A DNA stretch of 42,390 nucleotides from Poseidonia sp. (GCA_023254355.1 JALRLR010000002.1:1-42390); one strand, 5' to 3'; positions 1 through 9,560 are shown, counted from the stretch's first letter. Made by a program: numbers and translations. Notes: generated from the sequence alone by a model not told the origin.

Positions 1-578
1 GGTCAGTCGATCAGTTCGCCCTGGACGGCAGCGGTCGTCCCTTGCCCTTCTCCAGTTACAACATCGACATGGCAGGCGCCGCGCCCCGCTACGGCGATTC
101 ACTGCGGGGGGCCATCAAGAACGGCGTGCTGACCGAGTACCTGAACCATCGGGAGACCGCTCACCACTTTGACGTGGACCCCAACGGAGGCGCCCGTGCT
201 CAAGACGGCTTGCACCACCCATTGGTCCGAATGTCCAACACCATGATTCAAGGGGGCCATCATGCCGATATGGACGAATTGATGGAGGACATCGAATACG
301 GCGTCTACGCTTGCGGTACTCGCGGGGGGCAGGTCGACACCGGTCGTGGGTCGTTCCAATTCGCCGCTCAAGAAGCTTGGCTCATCGAAAACGGTGAGCT
401 CACCCGGCCGCTGAAAGACGTGAGCGTGAGTGGTTTGACGCTTCAAATTTTGAAGAACGTGGACGGTCTCACCCGAGATGCCATGCTGGCCTCTCCCGGT
501 TTCTGCGGGAAAGGGCAAACGGTCCCCGTTGGCGATGGTGGCCCCGTGATGCGAATTCGTGAAGCGTTGGTGGGATGA
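1..578 (+). CDS. tldD: TldD-family metalloprotease, C-terminal part (5' end lies outside the window)
   Basis: The frame is open from nt 3 with no stop, so the TTG at 42 in the ORF track is not the real start. The tail 'GFCGKGQTVPVGDGGPVMRI..VG' is the conserved TldD/PmbA C-terminus. The stop overlaps the ATG of the next family member (ATGA at 575-578). Confidence 0.75.
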   Translation, partial: SVDQFALDGSGRPLPFSSYNIDMAGAAPRYGDSLRGAIKNGVLTEYLNHRETAHHFDVDPNGGARAQDGLHHPLVRMSNTMIQGGHHADMDELMEDIEYGVYACGTRGGQVDTGRGSFQFAAQEAWLIENGELTRPLKDVSVSGLTLQILKNVDGLTRDAMLASPGFCGKGQTVPVGDGGPVMRIREALVG

Positions 579-1984
579 ACATGCTCCCCGACGGTGCTGA
601 AGACCGACTGTTGGCGAATGCCAAACACCTCGCTGATGTTTGCCGGGCGAGCGGTGTGGACCAATGGGACCTGGTTGGTTTCCAATCCTACGGGCATGAA
701 CTCGACATTGAAGCGGGCAAGATCACCATGGCCGGTGGAGGTGGTGAAGGCGGCTTTGGTGTTCGCGTGGTTGATGGCGGAAGGTTTGGTTTTGCTCACC
801 TTGTTGACGTCTCAGGGGCTGAGCGAGCGGTCCAACAAGCGGTGGCCATCGCCAAAAAGTCCCCTTCCGTGAGCGGCTTTGAGTTGCCGTCCAATCAAGC
901 CGCTGTGGACGTCCCTGGGCGCTTTGACCGCCACCTCCTCGATGTTCACCCTGAAGACATGCTTGAGCAGGCGGACGCCATCCTTTCCGAGGTGGCGAGT
1001 CTTGATTCGCGTGCCGTCGTCACGGGGGGAGGTGTGGGCCTGTCCGCCACCGCAGCCTGCTTCATGAACAGCGAAGGCATCCTCGCCTCGGGCATGACCA
1101 CGTCCCATGGCGTGGGTGTTCAGGTGTCCATTGATGTTGACGGTGAGCTCACCAGTTCGTACCAAGGGGCGTCAAGCCGAACGAAATTGGAGGCCGTTCC
1201 CGATTGCGTTGGACGAGCCGTTCACTGGGCTCAAATCACCCAACAACCCATCGAGGTCCCAAGCGAACCGGTTGACACGCCCGTGTTAATGACGAGCGAA
1301 GGGTTCGCACCATTATTCTCCATGGTCGTCCCACCCGCCATGACGGGAGAGAAAATGGTGCGACATGAATCGTTTTGGTCCGAAAAGCTTGGCCAGCCCG
1401 TGATGAACGAAACGCTCTCCATCCTCGATGACGGCCTGCTTCCTGGCGGCATGTCCTCCGGCTCCCGCGATGCTGAAGGTGTTCCTCGTCGACGGACCAC
1501 GTTGGTCGAGCATGGGCGCTTGGCCACCATGCTCTGGTCAACCCGCGATGCGGCCCAACAAGTGGCTGAAGGCCGGGTTGATGCCGCAGTCTCCACGGGT
1601 TCCGCCGTCGGTGGCGGCCATCAATCACCGCCTTCAACCGGTTGCACCGAATTGTTTCTTACGTCCACCCAAACGGCGGCTTCTTGGGATGGCTTGCTCG
1701 AACGGATGGGGCATGGTTTTGTCGTGAACAGCGTGATGGGCGCGCACACGGCCAATCCCAGCAGCGGCGACTTTTCGGTGACCACGAGTTCAATTTTGAA
1801 AGTTGAAGATGGAGAAGTCGTTGGTGCGCTCAAACAAGCCGGTCTTTCGGGCAACTTGGCCAAGGCCATGAACGGAGATGTTCACTTGGGCGACCATGTT
1901 CGTCGTCAGGGGTCCTACTCATCGGGCAGCATGCATCTTCCTGATGTGTTGTTAATGAGCGGGCTACGCGTCAACCCCGCATGA
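575..1984 (+). CDS. pmbA: PmbA/TldD-family protein (PmbA-like partner of TldD)
   Basis: 469 aa. The C-terminal 'ANPSSGDFSVTTSS..VEDGEVVGALKQAGLSGNL' matches the PmbA/TldD family pattern. It is translationally coupled to the upstream TldD gene. Confidence 0.8.
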   Translation: MNMLPDGAEDRLLANAKHLADVCRASGVDQWDLVGFQSYGHELDIEAGKITMAGGGGEGGFGVRVVDGGRFGFAHLVDVSGAERAVQQAVAIAKKSPSVSGFELPSNQAAVDVPGRFDRHLLDVHPEDMLEQADAILSEVASLDSRAVVTGGGVGLSATAACFMNSEGILASGMTTSHGVGVQVSIDVDGELTSSYQGASSRTKLEAVPDCVGRAVHWAQITQQPIEVPSEPVDTPVLMTSEGFAPLFSMVVPPAMTGEKMVRHESFWSEKLGQPVMNETLSILDDGLLPGGMSSGSRDAEGVPRRRTTLVEHGRLATMLWSTRDAAQQVAEGRVDAAVSTGSAVGGGHQSPPSTGCTELFLTSTQTAASWDGLLERMGHGFVVNSVMGAHTANPSSGDFSVTTSSILKVEDGEVVGALKQAGLSGNLAKAMNGDVHLGDHVRRQGSYSSGSMHLPDVLLMSGLRVNPA

Positions 1985-2144
1985 TGCGTCATCGAACCGA
2001 ACGGCATTCTTTATGACCCGTCGTCCGTAGTTGGACTTCCCATGGAGGTCAAGGGAGTGTCCAATCTTAACCAACCCGCACGAAAGCCCGCCGCCTGTTC
2101 TCCGCACAGGCCACGAATTACAACGCCTGTCGGAGGTCGCATGC

Positions 2145-3839
2145 ATGGCTGAAGCAGCGAAATACGCCGATTACGTTGAGGCCATCCTCAAGGAATGCCC
2201 CGACGCTGATGCGAAGGAGGTTGCCGAAGCCTTTGCCAAGTACGAGGAGGAGTTTTACATTCCTCCCCAAGATGCCATGCGTTCGGTGATGCGCCGATTC
2301 AAGAGTGGACCTTCACCCGGTGGGACCCGTTCCCCCGGTGGTTCGCAAGAGGCACGAACCACCAAGAAAGTGGCCTCACTTTCTGAACTCAACGGTTCGG
2401 ATCGTGATGTTGAATTGGAAGTGGCCATCATCACGCACAACGTTCGTGATCAGGTTATTCGAGGCGAAGAAAAGCAAATCGCATTTGGGATGCTCGAAGA
2501 CAACCCGTGGGAGGAGAACGGTGAACGCATCCGTTGGGACTACAAAGATTGGGGGCCCCACGCCAACTTGGCCGCCGGGAGCATCGTTCGTTTGGAAGGC
2601 GCCAGCGTGAACGAATACAACGGAAAAATGTCGCTCAACATCAACCAATCAACGCGTGTGGTCGTGCTCAAAGAAGGTGTGGCGACCGTGCCCTCATCCA
2701 ACGACCCGCTGGACATTGCCGACATCCCATCCGATGGATACATCTGCGTGGTCGGGCGAGTTCTTGCAGCAAGGGAAGACCAAATTCACCGAAAGGACGG
2801 CTCGGGGTCCATCGATGTCGTCCGAGGGCGGCTTGCCGATGCAACGGGAACCATCGGTTTCCTCTCGTGGGAGCCCTTTGAGCACGAAGTCGGTGCGTTG
2901 TTGAAAATCGACGGGGCTCAGGTCCGTAGTTTCCGCAACACGCCGGAGTTGAATTTTGGTCGGACGACCCGGATTGAGGTGTTCCACGATGCCAATTTTG
3001 CTGATTTGGAAACCTTGTCCACGCAAACCACCACGTCCATTTCCGCCTTCACCGACGGCGCTCGCGACGTCGATGCCGTCGTTCAAATCACGTCTCTTAC
3101 CCAACGGACCTTTGAGCGGGACGGTGAGGAGAAATTCCTCTGGTCGGGCGAAATCGCCGACCCAACCGGACGTTGCCGCATGAGTATCTGGGACGAGTTG
3201 CCCTTCGAGGCCACCAACCTCCCCGTGACGGTTCGTGTAAAGGGCGCTCGGGTGCGAGCATGGCAAGGCATACCGGACATCACGGTTGACCGAACCGACC
3301 AACTTGAGGTCTTGGAATCCCCTCCGTGGGACGAAGGTCTTGATCTTGCCAATCATTCGGTCGAGGTTTCCTTGGCCGAACTGGCTTCGGGACCCAGCCG
3401 TGTTGGCATTGAAACCTCCGGCATGGTCGTGAGCGTGCGCGACGATTCTGGCTTCATCATGCGCTGCACCACCTGTCGAAGGGTGTTGCGTGATGGGGCG
3501 TGTTACGACCACGGTGCCAACGAGGGCGAGGAAGACGTTCGTCTACGGTTGGTCGTGGACGATGCAGGGGCGACCACCGCCGTTCTGGTCAACAAGGAAG
3601 CCTCGTTGGAAGCCTTGTCCCTTTCACCCGCTGACCTGCAAGCCAAGGTGGAGGAACACGGTGATCTTGGATTCGTTCAGTGGGTCCGAGAGCAACTTTT
3701 GGGCCGCTCGGTTGGCGTTCGAGGTCGCACGATTGTCGACGAGCAAGGGGCGATGGTCCTTGCCGAAGGCTTGCAAGTCGTTCAAAGCGATTCACAAATG
3801 CGGGCCAGTGAGTTGCGAGCCTTATGGGGGTGGTCGTGA
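2145..3839 (+). CDS. Replication protein A large subunit (multi-OB-fold ssDNA-binding protein with zinc finger)
   Basis: Repeated OB-like segments, e.g. 'ICVVGRVLAAREDQIHRKDGSGSIDVVRGRLADATGTIGFLSWE' and 'VVQITSL..LWSGEIADPTGRCRMSIWD'. Cys/His zinc motif 'CTTCRRVLRDGACYDHG'. I place the start at ATG 2145, preceded by GGAGGT at 2132-2137. The 38 upstream codons in the ORF track look non-coding. Confidence 0.8.
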   Translation: MAEAAKYADYVEAILKECPDADAKEVAEAFAKYEEEFYIPPQDAMRSVMRRFKSGPSPGGTRSPGGSQEARTTKKVASLSELNGSDRDVELEVAIITHNVRDQVIRGEEKQIAFGMLEDNPWEENGERIRWDYKDWGPHANLAAGSIVRLEGASVNEYNGKMSLNINQSTRVVVLKEGVATVPSSNDPLDIADIPSDGYICVVGRVLAAREDQIHRKDGSGSIDVVRGRLADATGTIGFLSWEPFEHEVGALLKIDGAQVRSFRNTPELNFGRTTRIEVFHDANFADLETLSTQTTTSISAFTDGARDVDAVVQITSLTQRTFERDGEEKFLWSGEIADPTGRCRMSIWDELPFEATNLPVTVRVKGARVRAWQGIPDITVDRTDQLEVLESPPWDEGLDLANHSVEVSLAELASGPSRVGIETSGMVVSVRDDSGFIMRCTTCRRVLRDGACYDHGANEGEEDVRLRLVVDDAGATTAVLVNKEASLEALSLSPADLQAKVEEHGDLGFVQWVREQLLGRSVGVRGRTIVDEQGAMVLAEGLQVVQSDSQMRASELRALWGWS

Positions 3840-4780
3840 TGGAACGTGCACGAATTGCTCGTCAGCCGGCGCATTTGCTTCTGGCCTCGGAATTTGGGAG
3901 TGCGACCCTGCACGAGAAAGGCTCGGGCGAATACGACCCCTCCTTCATCATTACCAAACTGGGAGCCAAAGTCAATCGGGTCGTGGCTGCAGGGTTGCTC
4001 GAACGGCTTGAACAACGGGAAACGTCCAACGGAGCAACCTTGTTCCAGGGTCAACTTCGCGACCCTACCGGTCTTCACTATTTCTCGGTGGGCGATTACA
4101 ACTCCGAAATGATGCGGGAACTCTCCCACCAATGGGTTGAACGACTCGAGGACGGTGAACCGCTTTTGGTGATGATGACGGCCAAAACACGATGGTACCA
4201 AACCGACGAAGGCGCCGTCTATACATCACTTCGACCTGAAGAAGCGTGCGTTGTGTCTCGAGAAGTCTACGCCAATTGGCTGTTGGACGCTTGTGAAAGC
4301 ACCATGCAGCGGATGAATGCCTACACGGCTTCAATGGAAGTTGAGCCGACCGTGGACGCCTTCGCCCGAGCCGAACTCCCAAGCAGCCTCTTGGTAGCAA
4401 GAAACCATTACGGCGAGGTCGATTTGGAACCGTTCAAACTCAACTTGATGCAAGCCCTCGACATCGCCGAAGGACGACTTGAAGCGGCGACCACGCCGCC
4501 TCCAATGATGTCGTTGCCCGACGAACCCGGAACCTCAAGCGAGGCCAGTACAGACGGGGCCGGTGAAAGCGATGTTGGTGACGAAATGGGTGGCTTCCTG
4601 GTTCAAGTGATCGGTCACCTTGACCAAGGCGAAGGCGTTGACTTCGATACCGTTCTCAAGAACGCCGTCGCCCGTGGCTACGTACGAGAGCTGGCGGAAT
4701 CCGTGTTGGATGAGTTGTTGGAATCAGGCCAATTGGAAGAGCCTCGTTTTGGATGGTTCAAGTTGGCCGCTGCTGAATAA
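3839..4780 (+). CDS. RPA32-like / RPA-associated protein (OB fold plus C-terminal winged-helix-like domain)
   Basis: Its ATG overlaps the RPA stop (TGATG at 3837-3841). OB-like core 'ATLFQGQLRDPTGLHYFSVGDY'. An acidic linker leads to the C-terminal 'VDFDTVLKNAVARGYVRELAESVLDELLESGQLEEPRFGWFKL', which resembles the RPA32 winged helix. The call rests on by-eye similarity and operon position. Confidence 0.55.
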   Translation: MERARIARQPAHLLLASEFGSATLHEKGSGEYDPSFIITKLGAKVNRVVAAGLLERLEQRETSNGATLFQGQLRDPTGLHYFSVGDYNSEMMRELSHQWVERLEDGEPLLVMMTAKTRWYQTDEGAVYTSLRPEEACVVSREVYANWLLDACESTMQRMNAYTASMEVEPTVDAFARAELPSSLLVARNHYGEVDLEPFKLNLMQALDIAEGRLEAATTPPPMMSLPDEPGTSSEASTDGAGESDVGDEMGGFLVQVIGHLDQGEGVDFDTVLKNAVARGYVRELAESVLDELLESGQLEEPRFGWFKLAAAE

Positions 4781-4837
4781 ATCGGTCCAACACATTGAAG
4801 TCCTTCTCGTGGTGTGGAAGCCACAGGGGTAAGACAC

Positions 4838-5191
4838 ATGGCTGGAATGGATTTCTTCATCCGTCCCGCAACCGGGACATCGAGTTCGGATTGGGTTCGC
4901 ATTGCAAACGCCGACATGAAAGTGCGGATGACACGCCGCCTTACTCGAACCGTGATTCGTGGCCAGGAAGGCGATGACCTTCACGACGAAGGCTCGGAGT
5001 CCACGCTTTACACGGTTCGAGGCGAACTGTCCTTGGATGAATACAAGCGCATCGTCTCCATGTTCCGAACCGGCCAGCCTTACATTCACGATCCTTTCGA
5101 AGAGCGAGACGTCAAGGTCATCTTCGCCGTCATGGAATATGATAGTTCGAACGAATCGTTCCATTTTGAGTTGCTTGAAGACGTCATTTGA
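4838..5191 (+). CDS. Hypothetical small soluble protein, first gene of the pilus-like module
   Basis: ATG 4838 is preceded by AGGGGT. The stop (5189-5191) lies inside the GAGGTGA Shine-Dalgarno of the next gene, so the two are co-transcribed. No TM segment and no family I recognise. Confidence 0.4.
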   Translation: MAGMDFFIRPATGTSSSDWVRIANADMKVRMTRRLTRTVIRGQEGDDLHDEGSESTLYTVRGELSLDEYKRIVSMFRTGQPYIHDPFEERDVKVIFAVMEYDSSNESFHFELLEDVI

Positions 5192-5200
5192 GGTGAGTGA

Positions 5201-5782
5201 ATGCGGAAGCTGGAGGAAAAGCGCGAACTCCTCTACGTGATTCGCACGATGGATGTATTGATGTCATCGGGTGTTGGTTTGGAGGCCGCCCTTCACACCA
5301 TCGGCCGGGGAGGATACGGCATCATTTCAGAAGATTTTTCGGCGATGATGAAGCGATTGCGGAAAGGCAATTCCAAAGGCCTTGACCGCGAGCTCAAGGA
5401 CCTCATGAAGACCGCCGAATCCGCTGGGTACAAGCGCTTGTTGAACACGCTCTACACGAACGTCACACAAAACACGGACCTGGTTGAAACGCTCAAAAAG
5501 CAAGGGACTCGAATGGAAGAAGAGCGCTCAGAAGAGGTGGAGAAGTACATCGAAGAACTCGGTGGTGTCCCCGAAACGCTGCTGTCAATTGGCATGATTG
5601 GACCGATCATCCTCGCCATCGTCGGCTTGGTGCCTCAACTCATGTCGGGTGACCTTGGTGCGTTCATGTCCTTACCCGATTCTGCCGTCATCAACAGCGT
5701 GGTGAACATGGGTCTCATCATGACGCTCGTCGGCATGGCGCTTATCGGGCTCAAGGCTCACACGAAGGACCCGGGGTTGTGA
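5201..5782 (+). CDS. Type II secretion system F-domain membrane protein (TadB/FlaJ N-half-like platform subunit)
   Basis: A soluble helical domain ('LYVIRTMDVLMSSGVGLEAALHTIGRG..') is followed by hydrophobic helices ('LLSIGMIGPIILAIVGLVP', 'VVNMGLIMTLVGMALIGL'). This is typical of one T2SSF repeat. SD GAGGTGA at 5190-5196. Confidence 0.65.
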   Translation: MRKLEEKRELLYVIRTMDVLMSSGVGLEAALHTIGRGGYGIISEDFSAMMKRLRKGNSKGLDRELKDLMKTAESAGYKRLLNTLYTNVTQNTDLVETLKKQGTRMEEERSEEVEKYIEELGGVPETLLSIGMIGPIILAIVGLVPQLMSGDLGAFMSLPDSAVINSVVNMGLIMTLVGMALIGLKAHTKDPGL

Positions 5783-5786
5783 TTCA

Positions 5787-6518
5787 ATGATCTTTGGAAT
5801 TCTTGAATCGTTCAACGACACGCCGATCCTGCTCTATCTCGTCGTGGTTGCGGTGGCCTGTGTCGGGGGCGGAATTCCCCCCATGCTTGAGCGTCGTCGT
5901 CGTCGCTCAATCGAGAACGAGTTGCCCACGTTCCTCGAATCGCTCTCCGATTCGGTCGGTGCGGGAAGGGGCTTGCAGGAGGCCATGAAGGAACAGTCCG
6001 AAGCGAGCGATTCTCCCCTCGCCATGTTGCTGCGAGAAACCCTCCAGGAAGGTCACGCCTCCTCCTTTGAAGCGAGTCTCTCGGCTTTTGCCGCCAAGAC
6101 GCGATCAAGTCAGGTCCAGCGGGTGATGATGCTCATTGAAACCGCCTTGCAACAAGATTCGTCCTTGCGTGACATCCTGTCGGATTTGAGTCGAGATTAC
6201 GAACGATTGAACGACCTCATGAATCGGCGTGAAGGCGAACTTCAGGGCCGTGGCATGCTTATTATCATCTTTGTAAGCGTTGGCTTACCTGTTCTGATTG
6301 CGTTCATCGTCGGGCTCTTTGCTCCCGCCAGCAAAGGGTTCCAAATCGCTTCGTTCAATCAGACCTTTTCCTTCTTCTTCGCCGCCGCTTCCGCCGTTGG
6401 TGTGAGCGTTTCGGGGCGAATGATGGGACGATTCAAGGACACCTTGTGGTGGCTTCCCTTGTGGATGGCCATTTCCATGGGGTTGTACCTTGGAGCCGTG
6501 AAAGCCGTTGGAGGTTAG
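5787..6518 (+). CDS. Type II secretion system F-domain membrane protein (TadC/FlaJ C-half-like platform subunit)
   Basis: An N-terminal TM segment is followed by the helical domain 'ELPTFLESLSDSVGAGRGLQEAMKEQ', then C-terminal TM helices. Starts 4 nt after the previous stop. Confidence 0.65.
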   Translation: MIFGILESFNDTPILLYLVVVAVACVGGGIPPMLERRRRRSIENELPTFLESLSDSVGAGRGLQEAMKEQSEASDSPLAMLLRETLQEGHASSFEASLSAFAAKTRSSQVQRVMMLIETALQQDSSLRDILSDLSRDYERLNDLMNRREGELQGRGMLIIIFVSVGLPVLIAFIVGLFAPASKGFQIASFNQTFSFFFAAASAVGVSVSGRMMGRFKDTLWWLPLWMAISMGLYLGAVKAVGG

Positions 6519-6521
6519 ACC

Positions 6522-7763
6522 ATGTCAGAACAAATTTTGGAACAATACGGACGCGTGACCATTTACACCGAAGCCAACCACCCCTCCCCCATTTACCATG
6601 TGGAAGGCGAGATTCAAGCCAATCCCTACGGAGATCTTGCGGCCTTGTTTGAAGACGATGCGCTTGAAGAAGTGATGTACAACGGCGGGACGCAATGCGT
6701 GAAGGTGGCTCATCGAAATCACGGGATGTGCCGAACCAACATCTGGATTGATGATGATTCTGGCCTTCAAATCGCCAAGAACATCGCCTCGTTCACCAAC
6801 GTTCCCCTTGGGGACGGACCGGGCATGGTCCCCATCTTTGACGGTCGCCTGCCTGATGGGTCCCGTGTGAACGGCACCATCCCCCCCGTATCGCCTGATG
6901 GCCCGACCCTCACGATTCGAAAATTCAAGGAAGACCCGCTCACCATGATCGATTTGGTCAACTTCGGAACGGTGAATTCCCGTCTTGCAGCCATGATGTG
7001 GGTGTGGATTGAAGGTCTTGACAGCCGACCCGCTAACTTCGTCATCGCCGGCGGAACCGGTTCGGGTAAAACCACCACGTTGAATTGCTTGGGCATGTAC
7101 ATCCCATGGTCTCGTCGCTTGCTGACGGTGGAGGACACCGCTGAATTGCAAGTCTATCACGACCACTGGCTTCGTATGGAAACTCGCCGTGAGCGCCCAG
7201 ACGGGACCTCCGAGGTTGACATGAACGACTGTCTCAAATCCAGTTTGCGTATGCGTCCTGATCGAATCATCGTTGGTGAAGTTCGTGGCCCAGAGTGCGC
7301 CACGCTGTTGACCGCCATGAACACGGGGCACGACGGTTCATTCGGTTCGTTGCACGCGAACACCGCCCAGGAAACGGTGACTCGAATGATCAACCCGCCG
7401 ATGAGTGTCCCTCCCATCATGTTGAGCGGATTGGACCTCATCATCATCCAAGCACGCTTGCACGTGAACGGCAAAACAGCTCGCAAGATCACGGAAGTGG
7501 CGGAGGTTGCAGGCATGGAGGGTGACAAGCCTCGTCTCAATGCGATTTGGAAATACAACGCCGCTACCGACCAAATCGAAGAGACCGGTATTCCCTCAAA
7601 ATTGCGTGAAACGATTTGCAACGCTGCTGGTGTGACGCCCGATGTGTTCGAACGCCACGTGGCCCAACGTCAAGCCATCATTGAGGACCTGTGCTCTCGG
7701 GGCATCTCCGATATCCAAACGGTGACTTCAGTCATTCAGAACTTCTACGCTCAGCAGCACTGA
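6522..7763 (+). CDS. Type IV filament / secretion ATPase (TadA/CpaF/FlaI/VirB11 superfamily)
   Basis: Walker A 'AGGTGSGKTTT', Asp box 'LLTVEDTAEL', Walker B 'RPDRIIVGEVRGPE', His box 'GHDGSFGSLHAN'. GGAGGT SD at 6509-6514. Confidence 0.85.
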   Translation: MSEQILEQYGRVTIYTEANHPSPIYHVEGEIQANPYGDLAALFEDDALEEVMYNGGTQCVKVAHRNHGMCRTNIWIDDDSGLQIAKNIASFTNVPLGDGPGMVPIFDGRLPDGSRVNGTIPPVSPDGPTLTIRKFKEDPLTMIDLVNFGTVNSRLAAMMWVWIEGLDSRPANFVIAGGTGSGKTTTLNCLGMYIPWSRRLLTVEDTAELQVYHDHWLRMETRRERPDGTSEVDMNDCLKSSLRMRPDRIIVGEVRGPECATLLTAMNTGHDGSFGSLHANTAQETVTRMINPPMSVPPIMLSGLDLIIIQARLHVNGKTARKITEVAEVAGMEGDKPRLNAIWKYNAATDQIEETGIPSKLRETICNAAGVTPDVFERHVAQRQAIIEDLCSRGISDIQTVTSVIQNFYAQQH

Positions 7764-7770
7764 GGGACGT

Positions 7771-9459
7771 TCATCCACGCAAGCGGTTGAGCAAGTCGTC
7801 AATTCGGTCAATTTTCCCACGAACACGGTCAACGTTGTTCGAGGCGTCGAGCACCGATTCCGTCATCACGGTTTCTTCCTCAACGGCCTCGTCTGGCGTG
7901 GGCTTGAAGCTTGAAGCCAGCGCTCTGAGTTCGGTCACGATGGCATCGACCTCGGTTTCGGAAACGAGCACGCCAGGGGCGATTCGTGGAATGTCAGCCG
8001 GCGAGAGGTAGCCGAGTTCCGCACCAAGCACCCCCGCACAGGCGAGGACACGAGGGCGAAGGTTGCTGGTGTTGACCTCGTATCCTTTTGATTCGAGGAA
8101 GCGAATGACAAGGGCTTGCTCGGCTTCCTCAAAACCGTGTTCAGACGACTCGAGGACGGTTTGAACCAGTTCCTCAAAGGCGGCGAGGTTTCGCTCAAGC
8201 CGGTCGATGGTCAACTTTTCTCGCTCGTCCATGTGGACCGAGCCGCGATGAAGGATGCGAAGCATCCGTTGTCTTCGTTGGACCACGGGGTCGTGGAGAG
8301 CTTGAGTTTCCGCGATTTCAACGTGAAGATCAAACAAGGCGTGCAGCCGTCCGGAAACGCTGGGGACGCGCAGGTCAAGACCTGCGTCTCGGCCTTCTTC
8401 TTCAAAGGCCATGCGCGCCTTGACCACATCGCCTTGGTGCAACGCGAGGATGTTTTCGAGTCGGTCACGCAACCCGCTGCGAACTTCTTCAAACAGCCGT
8501 AGGGCCTCTCGTTCTCGCCACGATTGGGGCAAAGCGGAGGCTGCAGCCGATTCGTTTTGGATTTGGTAATCGAGTTCCATGATGATGTTGGCCACCCGTT
8601 GATGCACCGGCGGATGGTCGGTTGCGAATCCTTGGTCTCGAAGCGAAGCGATGAAGGCGTTCATGTCGTCTTGGTCCACGGTTGAACTGACCATCAAAAA
8701 GTCACGAGCGAACGCTCGGATTTCGGGCATCCTCTCGTTGAGTTCCATGAGGGCGGTCTCGATTTCGAGGCTGTACACCTCGTTTGAATCAACGTGCTGA
8801 ATCATTGGAGGGGCCGCTGGTTCGGATACGGTGACCATAATCTCTTCCGGGGGTTGGGTCTCGGTCATCGCATCAGCGTCCACCAATCCCCACGCTTCCT
8901 CTTCCTCTTGGGCGAGCAAGGGGGTTTGGTTGTCCCTAGGCGTGGGCATCTCCGGTGGCGGAGACAGGGTGGCTGAGGGAATGGACAACGTTGATTTCGG
9001 CCTTCGTAGACTTTTCTTCACTTTTCCCCAGGCGTTTTCTTGACTCGCCAAGACGCCAGCAACACGGGCCAAAAGGCTCTGTTTGTTGCCGGAAAGCGGC
9101 AACTCGAGGGCCTTGCAAAGGGCGTGCAAGTCCTCCTTCGTGAGGTCGTCCAACGAGTCCGTCGTGAGGTTTTTCGGGTCGTGATTCAAGTGCAGGTACA
9201 GTCGCTGACGGCGAGCTTTGATCGAGCCTGACTTTTTCACACCGAACAAACCGAGAAGTTCTCCCAAGTCGTTGTTTGAAATGGATTTGAGGCCGCTGGG
9301 TGACAGGTCCCATTCGTCAAGCACCAATTCTCGAATCAGTCGTGCTCGCAAAGACTCAACCGGTCCAGATTTTGACAAATGGTGTTCATTTGCCAAAGCC
9401 TTCAATTCGTCAAATCGGGCTTGATAGAGGTTGGCCAACATACCGGACTTGTCCATCAT
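7771..9459 (-). CDS. Hypothetical protein with three N-terminal HeH/SAP-like motifs, an acidic/Pro-rich linker and a large helical C-terminal domain
   Basis: Motifs: 'FDELKALANEHHLSKSGPVESLRARLIREL', 'NDLGELLGLFGVKKSGSIKARRQRLYLHL' and 'KEDLHALCKALELPLSGNKQSLLARVAGVL'. Linker 'PPPEMPTPRDNQTPLLAQEEEEAWG'. The C-terminal ~330 aa looks helical and I do not recognise it. Confidence 0.6.
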   Translation of the reverse strand: MMDKSGMLANLYQARFDELKALANEHHLSKSGPVESLRARLIRELVLDEWDLSPSGLKSISNNDLGELLGLFGVKKSGSIKARRQRLYLHLNHDPKNLTTDSLDDLTKEDLHALCKALELPLSGNKQSLLARVAGVLASQENAWGKVKKSLRRPKSTLSIPSATLSPPPEMPTPRDNQTPLLAQEEEEAWGLVDADAMTETQPPEEIMVTVSEPAAPPMIQHVDSNEVYSLEIETALMELNERMPEIRAFARDFLMVSSTVDQDDMNAFIASLRDQGFATDHPPVHQRVANIIMELDYQIQNESAAASALPQSWREREALRLFEEVRSGLRDRLENILALHQGDVVKARMAFEEEGRDAGLDLRVPSVSGRLHALFDLHVEIAETQALHDPVVQRRQRMLRILHRGSVHMDEREKLTIDRLERNLAAFEELVQTVLESSEHGFEEAEQALVIRFLESKGYEVNTSNLRPRVLACAGVLGAELGYLSPADIPRIAPGVLVSETEVDAIVTELRALASSFKPTPDEAVEEETVMTESVLDASNNVDRVRGKIDRIDDLLNRLRG

Positions 9460-9560
9460 GTCGGCACCTCTTGCCTCTTTGCCGCATTGAAAGCATATAT
9501 GTCTTCGCCGTCCTGTTCGGCCAAGGATACCAGTTCTTGACCCTGTTTTGGCCGCCGAAC

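Noticed and set aside
2031-2144. 38-codon N-terminal extension of RPA given in the ORF track
   Set aside because: The extension is Pro/Arg-rich and has no SD. The ATG at 2145 has a well-spaced GGAGGT and begins a typical acidic helical RPA N-terminus.
2694-3512. 272-aa minus-strand ORF inside the RPA gene. The same applies to 6525-7331, 13765-14505, 19137-19787, 33668-34420 and 34778-35440, which lie opposite the ATPase, moaA, mutS, purF and the propeller protein.
   Set aside because: All are antisense to confidently identified genes and lack motifs. I treat them as shadow ORFs.
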